The notes beneath the pieces are model-generated. The model did no database searches and was not told the origin of the DNA. It was given only the letters and a program-made list of their open reading frames with translations. Positions 1 to 11,077 of a DNA stretch of 64,000 nt are shown here, piece by piece. The stretch is taken from assembly GCA_010015585.1 (NCBI GenBank), contig ML975149.1; one strand, given 5' to 3'. This stretch comes from Eremomyces bilateralis CBS 781.70. Lineage: Eukaryota. The number at the start of each line of letters is the position of its first letter. Position 1 is the stretch's first letter. The position numbers and the translations under genes are program-made.

Positions 1-1102
1 AAACATCAGTCCCCGCTCTCCCGACTGGAGAGTAGAGAGGTGCCTGTTCAGATCCACTACCACGTTCTGCTAGCCTGACTCCTCTGATTCTCCTTTCCTG
101 GAGCTGCTGGCTGGTATCCTCCAGGAATTATTGCCTCGCTCCCAAGAATTGCGATCCATCTCTATCCCTTCACCTGGTTGCGCATCTCTACCATTTCCCT
201 TTCGTCATGCTGTTGTGACCACCGCCCAACGAGTAGCGACCAATTCCTTCGTTGTCTGCCCAGATTTGGACGAGATTGAGGTGATCACATCCCTCGTACC
301 TGTACGTACCAATGCGCCGCAACCCATTACCCTACTCTCAATATCTATACGCACCTCCACGCACTTTTTTGGTCTCTAATTCACTGCTCGATCCTATTCT
401 CCCTTTGAATGCGACCTTTCCTGCGATAACTCCGCTCCTTCATCCATTCTCCTTCCTGCTATGACCCTCGTCCATGTGCATATTTAACCCAAAATTAGCT
501 CAAAGTTATAGAAAGAAAGGATCGAGATTGTGTAATCCGTTAGCGCAATATAGTTCTGGTCAGACAGGTACCCGGTGCCAGCAACAAAGCTACAAGTGGT
601 CCCTCCAACAGATCCAAGGAACGATCGAACGCCGCCGTATCCGACAGGGAAAAGTATTACGGATACCTGTTACACAAATTCGTCCTTCTCAACTTCAGGC
701 GTGCGACCAAGACGACACACCCAAGAACCTCCCTCGGCGAGCGCGCACTCGTGGCTGTCGAGCAGCCGTTGTTCGCCATAATCATTTAAGAGGTACGCCC
801 GAAATTCGCAACTTCGGAACGACCCAGACCATAGCTGCTTTGGAAAAGAGCGAAGTTGCGCCCCCATATCTCCCCGCAACGTGTTGCCTCTCCTGGTTCC
901 CTTGCTTCTAGCGTGAGCTTTCTGAATCACAGTCGCTCTCTACCACCATTCCTTCCTTCATCCAGAGAACCAAGTTATATGCTATTATATAACTCGATCT
1001 CGTACCCTCTTTACCCCTTGTCGAATACGGTTTGCAAGGCACGATCTCAACAGACGGTCAAGAAGCCGTCTATTCACGAAATACCGTGGGAACCTATGCA
1101 AA

Positions 1103-2786
1103 ATGTCGGCCACCGAATCCGCTGCTTCGTCAGGGACCATGGCGGCTGAAAATAGCTATATCCCATGGCTCATGGCCAATGTCACCACCGGTACCGGGGG
1201 TGACTCCCTCGATCAAAATCTAAATGTCTTCTACCAATCCGGCGACATTGCCTGGGTCATGATGTCCACCGCATTGGTATTGCTGATGATCCCGGGTGTC
1301 GGTTTCTTTTATTCCGGCCTCGCTCGACGAAAGTCCGCTCTGTCTCTACTATGGCTATCCGTCATGTCGGTGGCAGTTGTCACATTCCAATGGTTTTTGT
1401 GGGGTTACAGCTTGACCTTCTCTCACCATGCGGGGAGGTTCATTGGAACGCTGCATAACGTTGGGTTCAACGACGTGTTGGGTGCACCTTCGGTGGCCAG
1501 CGACAGGGTGCCAGATCTGCTGTTTGCTGTTTATCAGGGCATGTTCGCCGCCATCACGTAAGTTTGGACCCCCCATGGCCATCTCCCATGTGTCCCGGCT
1601 GACAGACTTTCAGGGTTGCCCTCGCCATCGGCGCCGTCGCAGAGCGCGGTAAAATTTTGCCCTGCATCGTCTACATGTTCATCTGGACTACCCTAATCTA
1701 CGACCCGATTGCGTGTTGGACGTGGAACCCCTCTGGCTGGGTCTACAGAATGGGTGGTCTAGACTTCGCCGGAGGTACCCCAGTACACATTGCCTCCGGT
1801 TCCGCCGCCCTTGCCTACTCGTACATGCTCGGCAAGCGCCGCGGCCACGGAACTCAGGAGCTTAATTACCGCCCACACAACGTTACACATATCGTCATCG
1901 GAACCGTGTTCCTGTGGGTCGGCTGGTTCGGCTTCAATGCGGGTTCTGCACTCAGCGCAAGCTTGAGGGCAGTCATGGCTGCGGTTGTCACCAACTTAGC
2001 CGCGTGTGTTGGCGGTATTACCTGGTGCTTAGTCGACTACCGTCTTGAGCGCAAATGGTCCACCGTCGGTTTCTGCTCTGGTGTCATTGCTGGCTTAGTA
2101 GCCATCACTCCTGGCTCAGGGTACGTCCCTGCCTGGGCTGCCGTTATCTTCGGCGTCACCGCTGGCATTGGCTGCAACTATGCCACGAAGATCAAATACT
2201 TCCTACGCTGCGACGACGCTCTTGATATCTTTGCGGTCCATGCTGTCGGTGGGTTCATCGGCAACATCCTGACAGCTTTCTTCGCTGCGTAAGCTCGCTT
2301 GTTTTCGCTCACTCATTCACCATCACTAACGGACTTTGTCTAGACCATACATCGCTCACCTTGATGGCTTCAGCACCATCGAGGGCGGCTGGATCGTCCA
2401 TCATTGGATCCAAATCGCCTACCAGCTTGCCGACTCCGTCGCTGGCGGAGGCTATTCTTTTGTCGGCACCTGCATCATCCTTGGTGCCCTCGATTTCATC
2501 GGGCGCTTCATTCCCGTACTTCGTCTACGTGCTAGCGATGAGGAAGAGATCATGGGCATTGACGATGCGGAGATTGGCGAGTTTGCCGTAAGTTATTATC
2601 TCCGCCAACTGGAGAATTTGCTAATTCGGTGGATAGTACGACTACGTCGAAATCGCCCGCGAGGTCAAGTCGCCCGACGACGATGACGACCTGGAGTCAC
2701 AACATTCCACCATACCCCACGACTTCTCATCCGTATCTGACCCACGAGAAAAGCAACACAGCGCGGAGATACCGCTGACCCGCTAG
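1103..2786 (+). CDS. MEP: Ammonium transporter (Amt/MEP family), 4 exons
   Basis: Motifs LMIPGVGFFYSG, DFAGGTPVH, LWVGWFGFNAGS, AGLVAITPGSG, DDALDIFAVH, GIDDAEIGEFAYDY. Introns 1558-1613, 2289-2343, 2588-2636 restore one frame ending TAG at 2784-2786. Confidence 0.96.
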
Positions 2787-3893
2787 GCGAAACTAGCAGC
2801 TGCATTTGTTTTTCCATGCTCTATCGCTTGCGAGCATTCCTATCGCGATATACAACATTTCTTTTTGTAAACACTATATTGGGGATGTGCAGACCCTATG
2901 CTGATTAAACCAAATGGATTTGCGGGCTTGGAGTTTTTCCGTTTCGGAGGAGTAGACGGGAAGAGAACGTTTGTCCCAGCCAGTCCCCTTCGGCGATCCT
3001 CTGATCAGAGAGGCTCACCCCCTCTCACACTTTCTATCTCGACGCTTTGGGCGGTGTCATTTCTTTTTTGTGACATTTTGGCCACTCCCTCATATCGCCA
3101 TCTCAAGTGCTCTATACATTACCGTCTGTGTGGGTTCTATATATTTACTACTTATCTTCCTAGACAGAACTGTCTTGTTCAGCGGGCCGTTTCAGGATCG
3201 TATTACCCGGAACCTTCTTGTTTCTGTTTCATGGATACCTTTTTGTGTCATGTGCGATGAGGCGAAAATCCAGTGGGTTTTGAAAGCGGAATGGTGGATA
3301 TACTACTTCTTGGGTAATTGGATAGACGGATGAATGAAGAGTCGAGGTTCTCATAAAGCCGGCGTCCACCGTGCTGCTATACCTGCATGACTTTGTTGTT
3401 CTACCATAGACGCTAGATGCGACCAAAACTATAGCTCGACCATGACAGTGATAATGTCACTATCCTAGGCAGCGACCGAACGCCTTGACCGGCAACACTG
3501 CGTATATTTGTACATCCGGAGTTTCAAACCTGCAAAAGAGCTTGGAGGTTTTCATCGTTGATTCGATTTTCTTATTGCAGTAGCTATTCAAGTCTACGGA
3601 GCGGCTCCGCTTCATTGCACATGGAAGTAGTCGTGAGACAGCTTCGGCAGAGGGGAATTCCGCTGGATTTCCAGAGCCGTGTCCTAGTACAGCACATACT
3701 CGCCGTAGATCAGAACAGATATTCATTCCATTGGCGTGGTTTGGTCACACAGACTTCTAGCCTATCGGAATGCATGAGGGCAGCAAAACCTCAAAACCTA
3801 CCTCAATCGAGCGACTACTGCGATGAACGGAGCTTAAATAGTTTGTATTTTCTTGTCAGTCGACCATGGGATTCTACAGTTTCACCTCTCGCC

Positions 3894-5652
3894 ATGGACG
3901 GCCCGACTTTTAGAGACCTAGTTCGCTGCCTTCAACCACGATAATCCTCGGTATATGCTTAGCATACCTTCTCAATCTAGCTCGAATTGCAGTATATCGA
4001 CTGCACCTTTCTCCCATTGCAAAGTTCTCAGGACCGAAACTTGCAACCCCCGGTCGGTGGTACGAATTCTATCATGATATGGTCCGGGGCGGCCAGTTCA
4101 CTTTCCATATCTAGGAGCTACATAAAACATATGGTGAGTCATATTCAAGGCCGATCATTTGGATGCCATTCCGATACCGACAGGGCCAATTTTCCGAATA
4201 TCACCAGAGGAACTGCATGTGGAGGACAGCAGTTTCTTTGATACGCTCTACAACCGCCACCCAAAAGCCAATCGATATGACGGTATGACTGGTTGACTCC
4301 CCTCTACGAACATGCGTTTTACGACTCTGGGCCATGGCATCCACCACCTTAGGCATGGTGCACTAAGTTCCATGTACCTCTACTAGATCTCAGCTGACGA
4401 AGTCGCCTCTTACATACTACAGATTCTCTATGCGAGCAATCATGTATTTGAGCCTTTTGTCCAGAGCAAGGTTGAGTATTTGTGTAAGCGAATTGCCTGG
4501 TATTATGCTACGAATGAGGTTCTGGCTATCGAGGACTCCTGGGGTGTTTCGTCGGTGACCATACTGTACTATGGCGTATTCGTTTGGTTCCAACTATAAT
4601 TATCTTGGGCCCTCGGCTTTTAACGTATCATTTGATGACGCCTTCGCAGCCCTTGACCGTAACGGTTCCTTGACGCTATACTTCCCTTGGTTATATGCTG
4701 TGAGTAGAGGACTCTCCCTTCTCTCCCTGGTCTGATCCTTTTAGATCTTGTACAAAATTCCGGACCGAGTCGCCGTGTTTATAAACCCGTCTCTCGCCCA
4801 GATATATCGACTTCACCAGGTAAGCATATCCATGGGGTTCGGCTTCTCACTAAAAGGGTTCCTCAGGACCTTCGACAGATCATCACCTCCATCATCGAGG
4901 GAGGAGTTAAAGCAACCGAGAAACCAACAATATTCCATGAGATTGTGAATTCAAAACTTCCAGAAGACCGGAAATCACCTGAGCGGCTCAGTGACGAAGC
5001 TCTAGGCTTCTTCGGCGCAGCAATCTCAACCACTGCCTGGGCACTAAGCACGACTGTCTTCCACATCCTTGATAATCCCGAAGTTCATACTACCTTGCAC
5101 GAAGAGCTTCGTACGGCTTTTCCGGATCTGTCTGTTCACGAGGCTTTGAGTTATGCTCGATTCAAAACTCTCCCTTATCTTCGAGTTTGCGTTCGGGAGG
5201 GCTTCGATTGTCCTAGGCCTCTCAGCACGCGACCCGCGCGTTCTAAATGAGCCTCTACAGTATCGGAATTGGATCATACGGGGCCGAACTCCTGTCTCGG
5301 TGACGGTCATGGACGTGCTCTTCGACGAAAAGATCTTCCCTAACCCGTAAAAGTTCGTCCCTGAGCACTGGGTGGGTGGTCCAAAAGCCTCGGATGGCCA
5401 TTCACTGGAGCTGTACTTCGTGGCATTCGGAAAAGGACCACGGATGTGTCTGGGTATCAAGTGGATGGACTTTCTTCTTTGGCCAATCCAGCACTGATAT
5501 ATCGACATTGGGTGCTTTGTTTCGGCGATTCCATATGGAACTCTTTGAGACGATTATTTCTAATGTGCGGATAACCCATGACTTCTTGACCCCGTCGCCC
5601 AAGCTGGACTCCAAAAGGCATTCGAATTAAAGTTGTCGATGTGGAAGCTTAG
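3894..5652 (+). pseudogene. Cytochrome P450 pseudogene (trichodiene oxygenase/CYP58-like by motif style)
   Basis: N-terminal YRLHLSPIAKFSGPKLA..WYEFYHDMVRGGQFTFHI*ELHKTYG (TAG at 4112-4114), GPIFRISPEELHV, degraded I-helix GAAISTT, LPYLRVCVREG, IFPNP*KFVPEHW (TAA 5348-5350), heme motif FGKGPRMCLG at 5426-5455, frameshifted C-terminus PSPKLDS/KGIRIKV. Start position approximate. Confidence 0.9.
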
Positions 5653-6414
5653 GGCCAACTGCTTAAGGTGATTTTTACGGGATGCCAAACATTGGCATGG
5701 ATGTACGACGAGCCAGGTCTCATGAGCGCATCAGGGCGATGTGATTCCGGAAGCAGCTTGCGAGGACCAATGCACACGGTACGCTGGCTAAGGGCGTCTC
5801 ACGGTTTGAAAGGAGGGGACTCCCGTGACATCGGCCTGGCTAGTATTACGGTAATGACATTAGTCTGGCCCTGGTAGATGCTAGAATCGGACATCTCGCA
5901 GTAGTTCTACTCCCTATCGACACCCTGCCCTACATCACTCGATGCGCTGGAGAACATCATCGGCTTGTCGGCCTGGCATGCGGGATGTACGGATTCCGGG
6001 TGTTCGATTGCCAGAGAGGGAGAAGTTAGGCGACCCGGTGCTGCTCATTTTCGCTTAGACAGGTCTCATACAATACGTATCGTCAGAGTCGCGGGAAGCG
6101 GTGGAAAAAGGAATGAGAAGTAGTAAACGCGGTTGGAAAGTCTGTACTTAATTATAACGGTGCTGCAATAGGACTAGTCGAAATATGCACCGTACTCAGA
6201 ATTGACCACGTTAAGACAGTGATCGTCCAGTATCCCACGACCACCCGATATTTTCAACATCAACCGCAGAACCAAGTTTGAGCCTACCACATTGAATCGT
6301 CGCCAAACACCTGCCCGGTGGAAAACCGTTTTCCGCCATATCATCCTCGATGCTAGATGCCACCTCACGAGCCGTTCTACACCGACACTCTCACCTGACC
6401 CTTCCTCATCGAAC

Positions 6415-8565
6415 CTAGGTCGAGAACTCCGGAATGGTGGTCGTCTTTCCTTGAAGCGCCAACGGAACAATACCGGAGACGTGCATATCCGGTCCAAAGA
6501 CGTGCATATTCAAGCCGAGCTCCTGGCCGACGGCCTTGATGTTCCGGAGACCCTCCTGGTAGTTGGGACCAGCGCGACGAACCCAGATTTGCACTTTGTG
6601 CTCGTTGAGCTGAGGAGCGACCTCGCGGAGAGCGCGGATGACGCCCTTGAAGGTGGAGGCGACCTGGTTGTCAAATGTTAGCGTCCTGAGTCCACATGGC
6701 CCGGATTTAACGAGCAGGAAGCGGGATTAACATACGTTGGTGAAGTTGGCGATACCACCACCGATGAACAGGACCTTCCCTTCCGAGTGCTGAGGTGCCC
6801 GAAGCATCAAATCCAAGACCGTTTTTGCGTAATGGAACGTCTGGGTCTCGGTCGGCGCACCACTGTACTCGCCGTAGTTCGCCAACTCGCCAGCGAACCC
6901 GGCGCTGGCAATGGCGTCCGCGTACACGACCGACGCACCACCACCGGCGACCAGCGTCCACACACGTCCTTGAGAATTCAAAATGGTCAGCTTCAAGCTT
7001 GCACCGGTCTTGGCGTCCATCTCAGCGATGTAGGCTTCCTCCTTGGACATTTCGCGTCCGAATGGGGCGGGAAACTCCATGGGCGGGCCGGCGTCGATGG
7101 TGACTTTGGTGGCCTTGGAGGTGGCGGGGGCGACAGGTAGACCGAGAGCCGCTGGGGAGCGCGCGATGGCCCATTTGACGCCGCATTCGAACTCGGCGGT
7201 CTGGTCGAGTTTGGCGGCGAGATCGAGGAAGTGGACGCTGGCAGAGGTCTTGTCGGCGTTGGGGATAACAACGAGGGGGTTGATTTCAAGGTAGCTGGTA
7301 GAGCGTTAGTTTGGGCTCGACGTCCTTTTCACGGACTCAAGTGGTTTGGCACATGGGGCGCTTCGGACTTACGTGAATTGACACTCGACGTAGACGGCGT
7401 AGAGGCGGGAAATGAAGTCGACCAAGACGTTATGCACGCCCTTGGGAACCTTCTTCAATAACGTCGCTGCGATCTCCGCATTGGATGGGTATTCGGACAG
7501 GTCGACGGGGATGAGGATCTTCTCGGCCTTTTCATCGACATCGCCGACATCGACACCACCTTCGTGAGTGAAAAGGATCCAATCGCCCTAAAACATACTC
7601 TATTAGTCTATGTTCGCTCTCAATGGATGATCATCATGGTAAAGGCATAGTAGAGCGAGGGATGGGGGATGGCACGTGACACGTGCATGCTAGCTAGGAA
7701 GAAACCGAAAAATGCAAAGGCACGGGTCGAACCGACATCTCGGGAGCAACCGAGTAGGGTTGAACGGTTCCTGAACATGCATGCGCTTCAAAATAGCGGC
7801 GCATGAACGAAAGATCGAAGGGCATGGGCATGTGTAAGGGTGGATGTGGTGGGTCTCCCTGAACTTCCTTTCGTCCGGACGAGTGAGCTGGGGGGGAGAT
7901 CTAAGATCGACGGGCCGTCTCCGAGTTTGAAATGCAGCCGTTCATCCCGTCCAGCGGACCGAATCAAGGTCAATTTGACTTGTTCCGAGTCCATTGGACG
8001 AATTGAAGCAATTCGGTCCGGAAATGCGTCAGATCTTCTTCCTCCCAGCTCCTTGGCGTTCTCTACCTCCCCCTCTTCCCGGCTGAAAACAATCGCGCCA
8101 TAGACCGAAAATGAATTGACTTACCTCTCGGACGGAGTTGATATTGATGTAATACTCCTCGTTGGACTCGTGCGGGCAGAACGGCTCGACCAAAAAGCGG
8201 CGGAGGTAGCCCTCGACGTGTTCAACTTTCTGCAAGTTGCCGGCGCGCTGGGCGATCCACTCTCGCGCCTCTTCCCAGGTTTTGTTCAAGGCCAGGAGGC
8301 CGCTCTTCCCACGTCGCTTGATCAGCTGGTCGGGCTTTGCGACCAAGCGCACGTCTCTCTGGAGAAGCCATGGGTGCATGATCTCAGCCTGATCCAGGAC
8401 GGCGGACACGGAGGCATCTGCGGGGAAGTAGATGCTGGCGAGACGCGGGGGTGGGTTGTGTGTGGTTGGCGGAGGAAGAGGCGAGGGCTTGATGAGTTGG
8501 CTGCGGGTGAGGTGGTAGTTGAGGATGGCTTTGCCGTCGGCTTCGAGGATGGATTTGGCAGACAT
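6415..8565 (-). CDS. ACL2: ATP-citrate lyase, smaller (beta-like) subunit, 4 coding exons
   Basis: [75 protein letters not shown]. Introns 7588-8124, 7295-7372, 6664-6735; stop at 6415-6417. Confidence 0.97.
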
Positions 8566-8609
8566 GGTGAGGATTGATGACTTTCGGACGATGAGACCGG
8601 GATGGATTC

Positions 8610-8890
8610 CTAGCGAAGGGTTAGATTCGACGTGATAGAGCGAACTGGGCCGTCTCGACTGACAGCGCGAAAAGAAGGGAAGATGCGAAGCTTGAAGGAC
8701 TCCAAATGCACCACCGGGCTGAACTGTCCAACCGGAGCGGTGGGAATATCAATTGACTTTCGGATAGTACCAACCAAAGCTGGTGAAACAATAAAACGAC
8801 AAGAGAATAGAATTGAGGACCTACCAGGACAATCGAAGAGCGCGGCAATGGGAAACTAATGAAGAGTGGAAAAGATGGCGATGTTCTCAC
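8610..8890 (-). other. Probable 5'-UTR intron of ACL2
   Basis: Minus-strand GTGAGA donor near 8890, CTAAC branch and TAG acceptor near 8610, about 45 nt upstream of the ATG. Confidence 0.5.
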
Positions 8891-10897
8891 ACCCTTTCTT
8901 CGAACAGCAACAAATGAATGGTCTTAGCAAGTCCGATGTGGATTCGTCCGATCTTCGGTTGCACCGTATTAGTGCATACACGACAAACACGACGGTTACT
9001 GGGAATGATGGGCGGAGTGGATAGTCTTGAACAAAGTTGAGAAGTGGTTGGTGAAGCGTCGGGAGAGGTTCAGTGGTCGTGTCGGTGTGATTTCACTTTG
9101 GACTTTTGACCTTGGACTTTTGAGGGAGAAGTTCGGATGCCGTCACCAAAAATCGTTCATTAGCTGCAGAAAGCTTCCAATATTTTTGGTTGTTTTTTTT
9201 GGAGGGTTTGGGGGAGTTGGGAGCTGGTCAGCTGGGGGGGATTAGGGCGACACGCAGCTAAGGGGAAGAATTCATGACAGTGGGACGACGGAGTACCGGT
9301 GAACGGAGGTAGCAAGTAGTTAGCGCGTCTGGTGCGCCGCACAGGGGCTCTGGAAGCCTCGAAGACCCCCGGAACCCCGCCGAAGCCAGCGTGCATCCCC
9401 CCGCCCGCGTGCGCCACCAATCCACCAAACCCACCGCTCCTCAGACCGTTCCAGAAATCCCGAAATCCCGAAATCCCGAGTCCAACAGACAGGAGACTCG
9501 TCGTCCATGTTCCTACATCGCATTCGCCGTACCATCGAGGAGTTACCGTACATGATCCTACTGAGTCCCAACCAAACAATTCCCGAGTCTGGTTACAGGT
9601 AAGCCCGATCTTTCGCAGTCTCTGCCGGAATTCAAAATAATTTCATGGTGGGTTGATCCCTTCGCCGCCCCAGGCTCGGGGCTGCAGTCGTCAGGTACGG
9701 AATGCAGGAGGCTAATATCTCCCGGTGTTAAGGTGGGTCGCATGGATAGAGAGTGAATCATGGGATGGATTTTAGTAGAGCGGTCGTTTTTCCTCGCTGA
9801 TTTGCTGGACGTCTGAATGCCCAACAAAGACTCGATCGGAGCTTTGGCGTTTCTTCCTGGTGGCAGCGGAGGGTTGAGGCGATTCTGAGAATCCGGCTCC
9901 GCTTTGGTGACACTCCGGTTGGAGGCCGAAACGGAGCTGATGCTAACCGGCCCATTCGTGAAGATGGAAATCATGGATGAATTGATCTTGGCTAGTTGGC
10001 TCCGATGCGAGTTTGGGGGGGAACGCTTGTAGATTAGAAGAATTTAGAACAACATCGGTCGCCGAAACGCGAAAGGGTCCTGGTTCGGCGATTCATGCCC
10101 ATATCAGCAGCATTCATCGGGTCTGCATCAGGTACCCAGCGCCAGACTCAGCGTTTTCCATCATTCATACCATTCGGCTCCCCAAATGACGGGCCGACAG
10201 ATGGATGGAAGCTGGACGGAGTACGGAATACAGGATGTTAGAAAGAATCCGTCGCGTTCCGTCGTCGGGTTGATTTAGCAGAGCGTTGGCTCTGAGCCAG
10301 GGGAGGGCAGCGGGCAGAGTTGCAGCAGGGGGTTTTGGGGGGTTAGTTTACTACCGGTTGGGGGAGGGGGCCGCCAATTGCAGGCCTAAAAGCCTAACAT
10401 CGGATGATCACACTAGGCAACTTCATAGTGGTAGCGATGCACTAATAACATTAGTGAAATATTCAAGGGAGGGTTCATTCGAAACATCACACTAAACTAC
10501 GGGCTAAATCTGTACGGTACCGCACACACCAACGGGAATCATCCTGGCCATCCGCGTGTAGCTGGTGAAGTGAGTGAACCACCGTCCGGAGTTGAGACCA
10601 CAGCTACGAGAATCACTCCCCAGTCCCCAAACTGATCCCATCTTCCATTCCATCTCCCATCTCCGACCGCTCCTTTGAATTGCTAAAAAAAAAGAATCAC
10701 TGCTCTATTGCATCTCACTTCCCATCATCTTTCCTGCCTCTCAATTGCCCATTGTCTTGTGCTACGGTGCCTTGCAAGCTTCCCACTCTCCTCGAATCCA
10801 CCTCCTAATAATTTTTCCCACCCCCCTCCGAAACACCTCCGTCCTTCTCCATCTCGGCCTCCATATTGCTCGGAGGTCCTCCATCCCACTGATTTGG

Positions 10898-11011
10898 GTA
10901 TGTACTACATCTGCCTCCTTTACATCACTTGTGTACCCTTTGTTGAGGAATCCTGCTCCTCAGATGATACCTCCCTTCCAAAAAACCACCTGCTAAAAGC
11001 TTCCCTCCTAG
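10898..11011 (+). other. Probable 5'-UTR intron of ACL1
   Basis: GTATGT donor at 10898, GCTAA branch-like site, pyrimidine run and TAG at 11009-11011, upstream of ATG 11078. Confidence 0.5.
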
Positions 11012-11077
11012 ATCCGACACGTCCATATCAACTCCGACACCAAGTTTAAGAACGAATCGTGAAGAGAATCGTCCAAT

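Noticed and set aside
1..1100. AreA GATA cluster and ORF 474-911 upstream of the ammonium transporter
   Set aside because: Only isolated GATA matches at chance level; the ORF has no recognisable motif or splice support.
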